Assembly: GCA_965248575.1 (NCBI GenBank)
Contig: CBDFJQ010000002.1
Span: 640,001-704,000, forward strand
DNA from: Planctomycetota bacterium
Lineage (GTDB): Bacteria > Planctomycetota > B15-G4
Reading direction: 5' to 3'
Length of the DNA: 64,000 nt
The number at the start of each line of letters is the position of its first letter. The stretch's first letter is position 1. Made by a program: the position numbers and the translations under genes. Below are positions 1 to 9,460 of this stretch, one piece after another. Below the pieces are notes generated by a model. That model searched no databases. It saw only the letters and a program-made list of their open reading frames with translations, and was not told where the DNA came from.

Positions 1-1
1 G

Positions 2-844
2 CGTCAGTTGGCGGGCTTCGAGATCCCCGCGGCCGCCTGGGAGAAGGACATCCTGCCCCAGCGCGTGACGGGCTATCGGCCCAACTGGCTGGACGAACTC
101 ATGCTCTCGGGACAGGTGGCTTGGGGTCGATTATGGGGGGCGGCTGCGGGCCCGATCCGCCGGACTCCCTTGTCGCTCGTCCCAAGGGAGGACCTGGAGC
201 CCTGGCTGGGGCTGACGACGGTGGGCGATGAGTGGAGCCTCAAGGGCGCGGGCCGTGCCGTGCACGAACAGCTGGCTGCCGCAGGCGCACTCTTTCCCCA
301 GGAGATCGAGCGGCGCGGCAAGTTGCTGCCGGTGCAGGTGGAGGAGGGCTTGGGCCAGCTCGTGGGTCTCGGCCTGGCGAGCTGTGACGGCTTCGGAGGC
401 TTGCGCACCCTTTTTGCCCGGCGCCGCGCACGCCCTCGTCGAACACCTGCACCCAGCGGGCGCTGGAGCGTGTTGAGCCGAGGCGCCTTCGAAGCACCCC
501 CTGTGGAATTCCTGGCTCGTGTGCTCCTGCGTCGGACGGGCGTTGTGTTCAAGCGCACGATCGAGCGCGAGCGCTTCGGGGTGCCGTGGTGGCGCATCCA
601 CCGCGAGCTGCGGACATTGGAGGCGAGAGGCGAGGTGCGCGGCGGCCGCTTCGTCGAAGGCTTTGCGGGGGAGCAGTTTGCCCTGCCCCAAGCGGTGCGT
701 CTGCTGAGGCGTGTTCGTGGAGAGGAGACGGCCGGGCGCATCCCGGTGCACGTGACGGCGGCGGATCCCCTCAACTACGTCGGCATCCTGACGCCCGATG
801 AGCGCGTGGCGAGCTCAGCCGTGCAGCGGGTCATCGTGGGTTAG
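2..844 (+). CDS. lhr: Lhr-like ATP-dependent helicase, C-terminal part (5' truncated by the window edge)
   Basis: Frame is open from the window start; typical Lhr C-terminal motifs WEKDILPQRV..Y..WLDEL and LEARGEVRGGRFVEGFAGEQFALP, plus AADPLN. Confidence 0.8.
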   Translation, partial: RQLAGFEIPAAAWEKDILPQRVTGYRPNWLDELMLSGQVAWGRLWGAAAGPIRRTPLSLVPREDLEPWLGLTTVGDEWSLKGAGRAVHEQLAAAGALFPQEIERRGKLLPVQVEEGLGQLVGLGLASCDGFGGLRTLFARRRARPRRTPAPSGRWSVLSRGAFEAPPVEFLARVLLRRTGVVFKRTIERERFGVPWWRIHRELRTLEARGEVRGGRFVEGFAGEQFALPQAVRLLRRVRGEETAGRIPVHVTAADPLNYVGILTPDERVASSAVQRVIVG

Positions 845-863
845 CTGCTATGATCCCGCCCCT

Positions 864-1997
864 ATGACTGAGCACGAAGCGAAGGCACCGGAACAGGATG
901 AAGTGGGCAGGAAGGCCAAGCCCGCTGCGCGGGGTGTGCTGTCAGGCGCCTTGGGAAAGCTGCTGTTGATGGTGGGTACCTTGCTCGTGCTCGCGGCGCT
1001 CACCGAGGTGGGTTTTCGCGTGGCTGGCTACGGGCCGTCCACTCACCTGCGCTGGTTCGCCCACCCGGATCTGCACTACACGGCTGCGCCGAACCAGGAA
1101 GGAAGCGTGCAGGTCCACGATGAGAAGGCCGGCGATCGCACGATTCAGATGCACATCAACGGCTTCGGCCAGCGCTGCCCTGACTACGAGCTGGAGAAGC
1201 AGCCGGGCGAGTACCGGGTCGTCACGATGGGAGATTCGCTGACCTTTGGCCCCGGCGTCAGCAATCAGGAAACCTTCGCCATGCAGGCGGAGGCGCTCCT
1301 GAATTCAGACTCGGGGGACGCCGCCGAGGCTGGTTTCACGCGCGTCGTCAACGTAGCCGCCAACGGCTATTCGACCATCCACTACCTGCGTTGGATGGAG
1401 ACACAGCTCAAGACCTACAGCCCCGATCTCGTCGTGATGTGCCTGTACATCGGCAACGACCTGGTCATCGCGACGCGCAATCGCTTGTTCAATCCCGTGC
1501 CTTTTCCCGGCCTGGTGCGTAACACGGCCGTGGGGCACTACCTGCTGGAGAAGCACCGGCCGCTGCTCATGAGCTGGGCGGAGGGCATGGCGGAGGAGGG
1601 TCAGAAGCGCGCCCTGCTGGAGCCCATCGAACCCGACCTCCGGCGCTTCGTCGACGTGCCCGAGGACAAGCTGGGCTACGACGACAAGGTGCGTCTCTGG
1701 CGCCACGCCTTGGAGCATGTAGAACGCATGAAGGCCTTGGCGGACGAGGCGGGAACGCCGCTTGTGTGCCTGCTGATTCCGCAATCACACATGGTCAGCA
1801 CCGAGGGCGACTTCCCCATCCACGGTTGGCTCAAGCGGGGCATCGAAAGCCGCGGCGTGCCCGTCATCCTGCCCGACGACGAGTTGCGTCCGTTGGCGAT
1901 GGATGGCTGGCACAGCTATGACCCGGGCCACCTGAACATCGCCGGCCATGCCGCCGTGGGGCGCAGTCTGTCGACGGCGATCCGCGCGCAACGCTAG
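864..1997 (+). CDS. Membrane-anchored SGNH/GDSL hydrolase family protein
   Basis: N-terminal TM helix; blocks GDSLTFG, NVAANGY, GND, DPGH; start moved to ATG 864. Confidence 0.8.
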   Translation: MTEHEAKAPEQDEVGRKAKPAARGVLSGALGKLLLMVGTLLVLAALTEVGFRVAGYGPSTHLRWFAHPDLHYTAAPNQEGSVQVHDEKAGDRTIQMHINGFGQRCPDYELEKQPGEYRVVTMGDSLTFGPGVSNQETFAMQAEALLNSDSGDAAEAGFTRVVNVAANGYSTIHYLRWMETQLKTYSPDLVVMCLYIGNDLVIATRNRLFNPVPFPGLVRNTAVGHYLLEKHRPLLMSWAEGMAEEGQKRALLEPIEPDLRRFVDVPEDKLGYDDKVRLWRHALEHVERMKALADEAGTPLVCLLIPQSHMVSTEGDFPIHGWLKRGIESRGVPVILPDDELRPLAMDGWHSYDPGHLNIAGHAAVGRSLSTAIRAQR

Positions 1998-3829
1998 GGC
2001 GTCGTTCCCAGCAGTGCGTTGGAGAGGGTGAACCCGAAGACCACGCCGCCGTCTTCACAGACGAACTGGACCCAGAGCTGCGTGCCGCTGGGCAGGCCCG
2101 CAGGCCAGGTCGTAGGCAGGCCCAGCTGGCCGGAGGTGTTGGCCATGAACTGAAACTGGTGCAGCAAGGGATTCGTGTAGAGCGTTCCACCTGCGGCGAA
2201 TAGGGGCGAGGAACTTGTAGAGATCCAGCCCAGCAGCAGGGCGTTCGGTAGCGCAGCTTGCAGGTCGAGGGTGACCAGGGTGTTCGCCTCGAGGGTCCCC
2301 GTCCCCGACAGGCCCGGTATGCCTGCACTGCCGAGACTGCCGCCGCCCAGGTCCTGCCAGGCGTTGGGTTCCGGAACCAGCGCCACGTCGAGGGTCACCG
2401 GGCTACCCACCGCTACGGTCACCTGCTGGATGCTGTCCAGGTAGCCCGCCGCCTGGACCGTGAGGGTGTACATGCCATTGGGAAGCGTGGCGTGGTAGCG
2501 GCCAAAGTCGCCGCCACTTCCGAAGCTCTCCCCGTTGGCGAAGTTGATGCCTGACACCTGCACCAGGCCATCCACGGGCAGCATGCTGTTGGCGTCCGTG
2601 ATGTGACCACTGACCGAGATGTCGCGCCCCAGGAACTGCTCGATGGCGAGCCACACGGCCTGGGCCTCAGCTTCACCTGCGGCGAAGCTGGGCTGGAAGG
2701 TCGTGGCTGTTTCGAGCAGGAAGGCGTGGGCTCCGCTGCGCATCTGATAATGGATGTCACCCGCGAGACAGCAGCTGCTGCCGATGTCGCCAGCCCAGCC
2801 GGCTGCTGTGCTGATGGCAGTGGCCTCGTCACTCAAGAACAACTCGAGTGGGTGCGTCCAGCAACCATAGCCGTAGCGGGCTTCTTGCCCGAAGGAATGG
2901 AAGTCGAGCACCTTCGCGAAGTGCCGGTCGTCCGAGAGGGCGATCAGCGTCTGCGTCTCGGGTTCGGATGAGGGGGACGGGCCTTGGTAGGTGCTAGAGC
3001 CCGCCGAAGTGCTGCCGCCACATCCACCTCCCCAACCCGGAGGGTAGTTGCGGTTGAGGTCGACGCCCGTTCCCGTTGGGAAGACCCGACGGTTCTTGCG
3101 CCAGAAATTGTCCTGGGTGAACACGTGGTTGTAGCCGTCCGGGTTCTGGACCGGGACGATCCAGATCTCGTGCGCGTTCACGGCCTGGGTCACATCAGGG
3201 TCCGTGCCGTAGTCGGACAGGAGGCGGTCGATGCTTTCCAGGGCGATGAGGGGGGTGACGATCTCGCGCGCATGGTGCGCGGAGACCAACAGCACCGCGG
3301 GCTCATCCTCCTCGATCGTGACGTTGTCGGAGATGACCAGCGCCAGCAGGTTGCGGCCTTCAACGGTGGTGGGCATGCCGTAGGCCTGGGTCAAGTTCAC
3401 CACCCGAGCCAGGTTCGGGTGCGCGGCCGCGGAGCTCAGGAGGCTGACTTCTATGGCGGCGAGGTCCGGATAGCCGGCGGGGACTGGCGTGCCCAAGGCA
3501 AGCTTCCCACCGACGGCAGTCTCCCCCAAGGGCCGCCCTGTCTGAACCACGTGGTAGGTGTATCCCTGCTCTCGCAGGTCATGGAGCTCTTGTGCGCTCG
3601 CGATGAGTTCGATGTGGCTCAGACCGAGTCCATCGTCCACGAAGCCCAGCACATCGAAGCCTCGCTGCCCGAACTCGGCCGCGAGCTCGGCGCTCGAGAG
3701 CGCCGGATCCAGCGGGCGGAGCTGGATCTGGGCGAGCGGGAGCTCTTCCGTCGCGACGACAAGAGGCACGGCGGGGCTGATGCCGGGCACGGCGTGCACG
3801 ATTGTCGACAGAAGCAGGGCACTGAGCAT
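1994..3829 (-). CDS. Secreted M14 zinc carboxypeptidase with carboxypeptidase regulatory-like domain and shared C-terminal domain
   Basis: HHARE, NPDG, WRKNR, GVDLNRNY, SEPET, DFHS motifs; signal-like N-terminus MLSALLLSTIVHA (ATG 3829). Confidence 0.85.
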   Translation of the reverse strand: MLSALLLSTIVHAVPGISPAVPLVVATEELPLAQIQLRPLDPALSSAELAAEFGQRGFDVLGFVDDGLGLSHIELIASAQELHDLREQGYTYHVVQTGRPLGETAVGGKLALGTPVPAGYPDLAAIEVSLLSSAAAHPNLARVVNLTQAYGMPTTVEGRNLLALVISDNVTIEEDEPAVLLVSAHHAREIVTPLIALESIDRLLSDYGTDPDVTQAVNAHEIWIVPVQNPDGYNHVFTQDNFWRKNRRVFPTGTGVDLNRNYPPGWGGGCGGSTSAGSSTYQGPSPSSEPETQTLIALSDDRHFAKVLDFHSFGQEARYGYGCWTHPLELFLSDEATAISTAAGWAGDIGSSCCLAGDIHYQMRSGAHAFLLETATTFQPSFAAGEAEAQAVWLAIEQFLGRDISVSGHITDANSMLPVDGLVQVSGINFANGESFGSGGDFGRYHATLPNGMYTLTVQAAGYLDSIQQVTVAVGSPVTLDVALVPEPNAWQDLGGGSLGSAGIPGLSGTGTLEANTLVTLDLQAALPNALLLGWISTSSSPLFAAGGTLYTNPLLHQFQFMANTSGQLGLPTTWPAGLPSGTQLWVQFVCEDGGVVFGFTLSNALLGTTP

Positions 3830-4016
3830 GGAGGGAATCCCACGGGGAACTCGCCAGCTTACCTCGGCTCGCTCTGCCGACCAGGGCGTGTGGGGCGCTG
3901 TCTCGGGGCCGGTTTGGGCTTCAAGGGGGTGGCTGAGCGGGCCGAACAGCGTGTTATCGTCTGCCTTCTTCTGGTCCGTCTTCTGAACCTGACCGCCTCT
4001 TCCCGTCTCGCGAACG

Positions 4017-5435
4017 ATGCTCTTCAACAGCCTCGAGTTCGCTGTTTTCTTCGCGGTGGTCTACGGGCTCTACCTGGTGCTCCAGCGCCGGGCACAGAAC
4101 GGCCTGCTGCTCGTGGCCAGCTACGTGTTCTACGGAGCGTGGGACTGGAAGTTCCTGGGGCTGATCGCCTTGTCCACGGTGATCGACTACGGCTTGGGCC
4201 TGGCCATCCACCGCAGTGACGACCCGCGCCGGCGCAAGCGGCTCGTGGTCTGCAGCCTGGTCAGCAACCTGGGCATCCTCGCCACCTTCAAGTACGCCGG
4301 CTTCTTCGCCGAGAGCTTCGCGGATCTGGCGGGGCTCGCGGGCTGGCAGGTGGAGCCCTGGGTGCTGGACGTCGTGCTTCCCGTGGGCATCTCCTTCTAC
4401 ACCTTTCAGACGCTCAGCTATACGATCGACGTCTATCGCGGGACGCTGAAGCCCACGCGCAGCTTCCTGGACTTCGCGCTCTTCGTCGCGTTCTTTCCGC
4501 AGCTGGTGGCCGGTCCCATCGAGCGTGCGAGCCGACTGTTGCCGCAGATCCTCAAGCCGCGCAAGCTGGATTGGGGCCGGTTCGGTTCTGGCTGCTGGTT
4601 GGTGTTGGCGGGCACCTTCAAGAAGGTCGTTGTGGCCGACAACCTGGCGCGCTGCGTGAACCTGATCTACGGGAACGCCGAGGAAGCCACAGGCCTGGAG
4701 ATCGCTGTCGCGACCTACGCCTTCGCCTGGCAGATCTACTGCGACTTCAGTGGCTACACGGATGTGGCGCGGGGCATCGCGCGGCTGATGGGGTTCGACC
4801 TCATGTTGAACTTCAACCTGCCGTATCTGGCGACGAACCCCTCGGAGTTCTGGCGCCGGTGGCACATCAGTCTGTCGACCTGGCTGCGGGACTACCTCTA
4901 CATCTCACTGGGTGGCAATCGCGGGGGCGGTTGGCTGACCTACCGCAACCTGGGGCTGACCATGTTGCTGGGCGGGCTGTGGCACGGAGCGGCGTGGACC
5001 TACGTGCTTTGGGGCGCCTATCAAGGTGCTCTGCTCATCGGCCATCGCCTGCTCGAGCCGGTGCTTCGACGTCTCGCCCCCAAGGGGCCCATGCTGTCCC
5101 GGGGCTGGTGGTTGGTGCGCGTGCTCTTCATGTTCCAGTTGGCATGCCTGGGTTGGATGATCTTCCGGGCGGAGAGCGTGCCCCAGTTGGGCGTCCTGCT
5201 GACCCGGCTGGTGAGCGCGCCCGGTCTGGGCATTCTCGACGCCTGGTGGAAGCCTTTGGCTGTCCTGATCTTGCCCCTGGCAAGCTTCCAGCTGATCCAG
5301 CACGTGACGGGGCGACTGGACACCATCCTGCGCTGGCCGCTCGTACTCCGGTCCGTGGTGTATGCGGGCATCGTGTTGGCGATTTTCGTGCTGGGCGAGA
5401 ATGGCGGCAGCCCCTTCATCTACTTCCAGTTCTGA
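4017..5435 (+). CDS. MBOAT family O-acyltransferase (AlgI/PatA-like)
   Basis: MLFNSLEF start, LPVGISFYTFQ, FFPQLVAGPI, DFSGYTD, FWRRWHISLSTWLRDYLY, GLWHGA, and C-terminal FIYFQF. Confidence 0.93.
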   Translation: MLFNSLEFAVFFAVVYGLYLVLQRRAQNGLLLVASYVFYGAWDWKFLGLIALSTVIDYGLGLAIHRSDDPRRRKRLVVCSLVSNLGILATFKYAGFFAESFADLAGLAGWQVEPWVLDVVLPVGISFYTFQTLSYTIDVYRGTLKPTRSFLDFALFVAFFPQLVAGPIERASRLLPQILKPRKLDWGRFGSGCWLVLAGTFKKVVVADNLARCVNLIYGNAEEATGLEIAVATYAFAWQIYCDFSGYTDVARGIARLMGFDLMLNFNLPYLATNPSEFWRRWHISLSTWLRDYLYISLGGNRGGGWLTYRNLGLTMLLGGLWHGAAWTYVLWGAYQGALLIGHRLLEPVLRRLAPKGPMLSRGWWLVRVLFMFQLACLGWMIFRAESVPQLGVLLTRLVSAPGLGILDAWWKPLAVLILPLASFQLIQHVTGRLDTILRWPLVLRSVVYAGIVLAIFVLGENGGSPFIYFQF

Positions 5436-5458
5436 CGGCCTGAGAAGGGAGCGCGCTC

Positions 5459-6574
5459 ATCAGCGAACGTGAAGACACCGACTGGCCGAATCGCTTCCCC
5501 TGGGGAGCGCTGCTGGCTGGGCTGCTGGTCTGGGCTGTGGATGCCTGGGCCCTCGGCTTGGGTGGCCCGTGGGACTTCTTCTCCGAACGCATGAACAACG
5601 AACACCCCATGGAGCGAGGGGTCGTGAGTGACCGCGTGGAGTTCGCCCGGCTGGCTGCCGAGGCGAGCGACAACCCGCTGGTGGCCGTGATGGGTTCGAG
5701 CCGAGCCCATGCCAGCATGCACACGCACCTGCTCAAGAAGGCGGCCCCCGGCATCGAAGTCGCGGCGCTCGCTCATGCAGGCATGCACCCCTTCGAGATT
5801 CGTGGGGCCCTCGACGAGGTGTTGGCCTTGGAGCCCGAGCTGGTGGTGATCCTCATCTCGGAGTTCGACACCCACCGCCCCCTGCGTCTGATGCCGCAGA
5901 CGTCACCGGGGAGCTTCGCAGCCCTGCGGGAGTTGGCCAGCCAGGTGGGCGGCGACTTCGTTTGGGAGCAACGCACGACCTTCCTCCAGGTGGCCTTGGC
6001 GAGCGTGGTGGACCTGTATCGCTATCGCGAGGTGTTTCATGTGGCAGGCGTCGAGGACTACCGCATGTTCAGCCATCCCGCTGCACCGCGCGGTCAGGGA
6101 GTCCTGAAGATTCCCTATCTGCTTGAGGGCAACGCCCCGCTCGACATGAACATGGATGAGGAGCTCCAGCAGTTGGAGCTTGTCTATCCCCATCTCTCGC
6201 TCCGGGCGCGCAAGGCGGGCATGACCCAGTGCCAGTCCATCACCCGTGGGCCGCACGCCACGGTCCAGATGTTCTTGCTGCGCAAGGCGGTGGTACGAGC
6301 GCGTTCCAAGGGCGTCCGCGTGTTGCTCGTGGAAGGTCCCCTGGCGCCGGCGACCAAGGGCTTCTACGACAACTCCATCCGAACCGACTTCCTGGAGCTT
6401 GCCCAGGAGTTGAGCCAGGAAGAGGGCGTGCTCTTCCTGGCATTGGAAGAGAGCGGGCCCTTTCCGCAGGAGATCTTCGCAGACCTGACCCACCTCAATC
6501 GTGAAGGCGCCCAGCAAATGAGCGCTGCCGTGGGGCGGCGTGTCGCAAACCTCCTGGAACTGCCTGGCCCCTGA
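5459..6574 (+). CDS. SGNH-like partner of the MBOAT (AlgJ/DltD-like)
   Basis: GSSRA and DLTHLN motifs, directly after the MBOAT. Start is uncertain: the frame opens at 5444, an ATC at 5459 follows an SD, and the first GTG (5537) would cut off the TM anchor. Confidence 0.7.
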   Translation: MSEREDTDWPNRFPWGALLAGLLVWAVDAWALGLGGPWDFFSERMNNEHPMERGVVSDRVEFARLAAEASDNPLVAVMGSSRAHASMHTHLLKKAAPGIEVAALAHAGMHPFEIRGALDEVLALEPELVVILISEFDTHRPLRLMPQTSPGSFAALRELASQVGGDFVWEQRTTFLQVALASVVDLYRYREVFHVAGVEDYRMFSHPAAPRGQGVLKIPYLLEGNAPLDMNMDEELQQLELVYPHLSLRARKAGMTQCQSITRGPHATVQMFLLRKAVVRARSKGVRVLLVEGPLAPATKGFYDNSIRTDFLELAQELSQEEGVLFLALEESGPFPQEIFADLTHLNREGAQQMSAAVGRRVANLLELPGP

Positions 6575-6591
6575 GGCGTTTCAGGTCGAGG

Positions 6592-7932
6592 TCAGGGGGT
6601 GACGGCCAGCAGGCCGTTGCTTCCGGTCACGCCGAACGGGCCCGTCGGATCCTGGAAGAAGAACTGCAGGGCGACGCCGAAGCCGGAGGGCACGCTGGCG
6701 GGGAAGCTGGTGGCGATGGAGAAACTGCCTGCTCCATCGAAGGCGAACGCCTTTTGACTCACGATGGGGAAGGGGTAGAAGGTGCCACCGAAGAAGGGTG
6801 TCGGCGTGACGGCGGTGCTCAGGAACACGAACCCGAGGGCCGACGGCTGGGCGTTGCTGCACTGGATGCTGAAGGGGCCGCCACCGGGGCTGAGGTCGCC
6901 GCTTCCGGACAGCAGCGGTTCACCGAGGCTGCCGGGTAGACCGGACGGGCCGAGATCGCTGAACCCTCCGGAGTTGGTGTCGTAGGGCCATTCATTGCTG
7001 AGACTGGCACCCCCGGCGCCGTTGTTGCGAACGAGCAGGGAGCCATCCGCCGTGCCGACCGGGACGATGAGTTGCAGTTGCGTGCCGCCGGCGCTGGAGG
7101 AAACCCCTGAGGCGACGAGCGCATTCCCGTCGGCTGCTGCTGCGGTGAACCAGACCTCGTTGCCCAGCGCCGAGAAGCCGTTGCCGTTGATCGTAAGCAG
7201 ACCTCCGGTGGATGTGGAGCCGGACACGCCTGTCACACTCGGCTTTGTCGCCGCGACGCTGCCGTAGATGGACTGCAAGGCGGCAACGTCGTCCGCCTCG
7301 ATGGAGCGGGTCTGCACGGGGTTGCTGGCCGCTGCAAACATGCTGGCGCCGGCGCTGGAGCTGTGGCCGATCCCCAACACATGGCCGACCTCGTGCGTGG
7401 CGACACCCTGCAGGTCGGCAGGGCCGTCGTCACCAGGGCCGTCCTGCCAGGTGATGGAGGACAGGTAGTTGATCTTCCAGCCGTCCGAGGAGGGCGTCAC
7501 GCTGAAGGCCAGCAAGCTGCCGGGATTGGGGTCGAAGAGCTCGCAGTGGATGTTGGCATTGTTGCCGCCCGGTCCCGGTGCCTCTCCCTGGAAGCTCGCG
7601 TCGTAGTTGGCTTGGCCGCTGCCCAGGGTGGCTTGGGTCGGGTCCTGGTTGCCCGAGCCCGCGAAGGGCTGGCTCGACCATTCGAGGTGCGCCTTCCAGA
7701 GCGCTTGGGTGGCACCGGTCGCCGACGGGAAGTCGGGATGAGGCGCCAGGTTGTCGTTGGCAGACGCGTCGCTGAAGTTGTTCAGCACGCGCACGTCGCG
7801 CTGGTCGAGACCGAGCGAATCGCCGGTGAGGCTGAAGGCGGCGCCTGGCAGGGCAACGGAAAGCTGGTGGGTGATGGTCAGGCAGAGCGCGAGCGCGCCC
7901 AGGGCACTCAAGTTGCGTGGGGAAAGAATCAT
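6592..7932 (-). CDS. Secreted matrixin-type (M10) zinc metallopeptidase with IPT-like and shared C-terminal domains
   Basis: HEVGHVLGIGHS zinc motif, Met-turn ASMF, DDVAALQSIYG; signal peptide from ATG 7932. Confidence 0.85.
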   Translation of the reverse strand: MILSPRNLSALGALALCLTITHQLSVALPGAAFSLTGDSLGLDQRDVRVLNNFSDASANDNLAPHPDFPSATGATQALWKAHLEWSSQPFAGSGNQDPTQATLGSGQANYDASFQGEAPGPGGNNANIHCELFDPNPGSLLAFSVTPSSDGWKINYLSSITWQDGPGDDGPADLQGVATHEVGHVLGIGHSSSAGASMFAAASNPVQTRSIEADDVAALQSIYGSVAATKPSVTGVSGSTSTGGLLTINGNGFSALGNEVWFTAAAADGNALVASGVSSSAGGTQLQLIVPVGTADGSLLVRNNGAGGASLSNEWPYDTNSGGFSDLGPSGLPGSLGEPLLSGSGDLSPGGGPFSIQCSNAQPSALGFVFLSTAVTPTPFFGGTFYPFPIVSQKAFAFDGAGSFSIATSFPASVPSGFGVALQFFFQDPTGPFGVTGSNGLLAVTP

Positions 7933-8219
7933 GAGAAGTCTCGCCGGGAGGAGCGATGAGTGTGAAGTCGCGCGGCGTGACCCCCTGGCAAACAGCAAGG
8001 GAACCATGGGGTGTCGACACGGGGAGACTTGCCGACTCGGGAGAGAGTCACCCTGCGCGAGCTGGCGAGCATAACTCAGCGGAGGTTTGCGCTTGAGTGG
8101 ATATGGAATGCTGCCCCGGGAACGCGGTAGCCTTCCCCGTGCAATACGCACCCTCAAAGGGACCGTTGAGGCCTGATACCGGGAGCGCAGCTTTTCCTCG
8201 AGCGGATGGTGAGCCCGTC

Positions 8220-9158
8220 ATGGATGCAGGCAACCGGAAGGCGGTGATAGCGGCCTTGTCGGCCAATGCGGGCATCGCCGTGGCGAAGTTCGTTGGCTAC
8301 CTCTTCACGGGCTCCTCCTCGATGTTGGCGGAGAGCGTTCACTCCCTTGCGGACTCGGGGAACCAGGCCCTCCTGCTCTGGGGTGGGGCCGCGGCCCGCC
8401 GCCCAGCTACGGAGCAGCACCCGTTCGGCCACGGTCGCGAACGCTACTTCTGGGCCTTCGTCGTCTCGCTGGTGATCTTCGCCTTGGGGTCGGTCTTCGC
8501 GCTCTACGAGGGGCTCCACAAGCTGGATTCCACGGAGCCCCTGGAGTCGCCGATGATCGCGGTGGGGATCCTGGCGTTGGGCTTGGTGTTGGAGGGGCTG
8601 TCATTCCGCCTGGCGGTGCGCGAGGCCCGTAGCCGCAAGGGCGCGACTGGATGGTGGAACTTCATCAAGCGCACCCGTAACCCGGAACTCCCGGTGGTCC
8701 TGCTGGAGGATCTCGGGGCCTTGGTCGGATTGGCGATCGCCATGGTGGGCGTGATCATGGCCTGGGTCACCGGCAACCCTGTGTACGACGCGCTGGGCAC
8801 GATCGTGATCGGAGCCCTGCTCGGGGTGATCGCCGTGCTGTTGGCAGTGGAGATGAAGAGCCTCATCATCGGCGAGTCAGCCTCGGTGGATCACCGCACG
8901 CGTTTGAAGCAGGCGGTCGCCGACGCTCCACGCGTCGTCCGACTGATCAACATGCGCACCCAACATCTGGGCCCCGAGGAATTGCTGGTTGGGCTGAAGG
9001 TGGAGTTCGACGCGACCCTCGACTTTTCCGAGTTGACCGACGCCATCGATGAAGTGGAGGCGGCCATGCGCGCCAGCGTCGCGCCCCGCCTGGTGATCTA
9101 CTTGGAACCCGACATCTTCGAGGCGTCACACAAGGGCAACGATCCGCCCGTGCATTGA
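8220..9158 (+). CDS. Cation diffusion facilitator (CDF) family transporter
   Basis: AESVHSLADSGNQ, HPFGHGRERYFW and VVLLEDLGAL motifs; 6 TM helices plus C-terminal domain. Confidence 0.92.
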   Translation: MDAGNRKAVIAALSANAGIAVAKFVGYLFTGSSSMLAESVHSLADSGNQALLLWGGAAARRPATEQHPFGHGRERYFWAFVVSLVIFALGSVFALYEGLHKLDSTEPLESPMIAVGILALGLVLEGLSFRLAVREARSRKGATGWWNFIKRTRNPELPVVLLEDLGALVGLAIAMVGVIMAWVTGNPVYDALGTIVIGALLGVIAVLLAVEMKSLIIGESASVDHRTRLKQAVADAPRVVRLINMRTQHLGPEELLVGLKVEFDATLDFSELTDAIDEVEAAMRASVAPRLVIYLEPDIFEASHKGNDPPVH

Positions 9159-9460
9159 GAAGCAGGTGACCGGGCGCGCTCACTCCTGCAGACCGGCCTT
9201 GGGCTGGCACCAATCCCAACAGTGCCGTCGACAGCAGCAGTTGAGAGAAGAGTCGGTGCAGCAGGGAGTCCAGTTGCAGCGACGGTCGGCTCCTTCTTAT
9301 CCATCGCCTCGGGCCGTTGGAGAGAGTGGCGTTCACCGTCGTTCAGGAAATGAAAGGTGAGCGCTGGGTCAGCTGCCGCATGTTGCATCAGTGAAACGTT
9401 GCGAGCAGGTGGCCTCCACCCAGGCTTGACCACCTTGGGGACTGAGATAGCCTCAACTTG

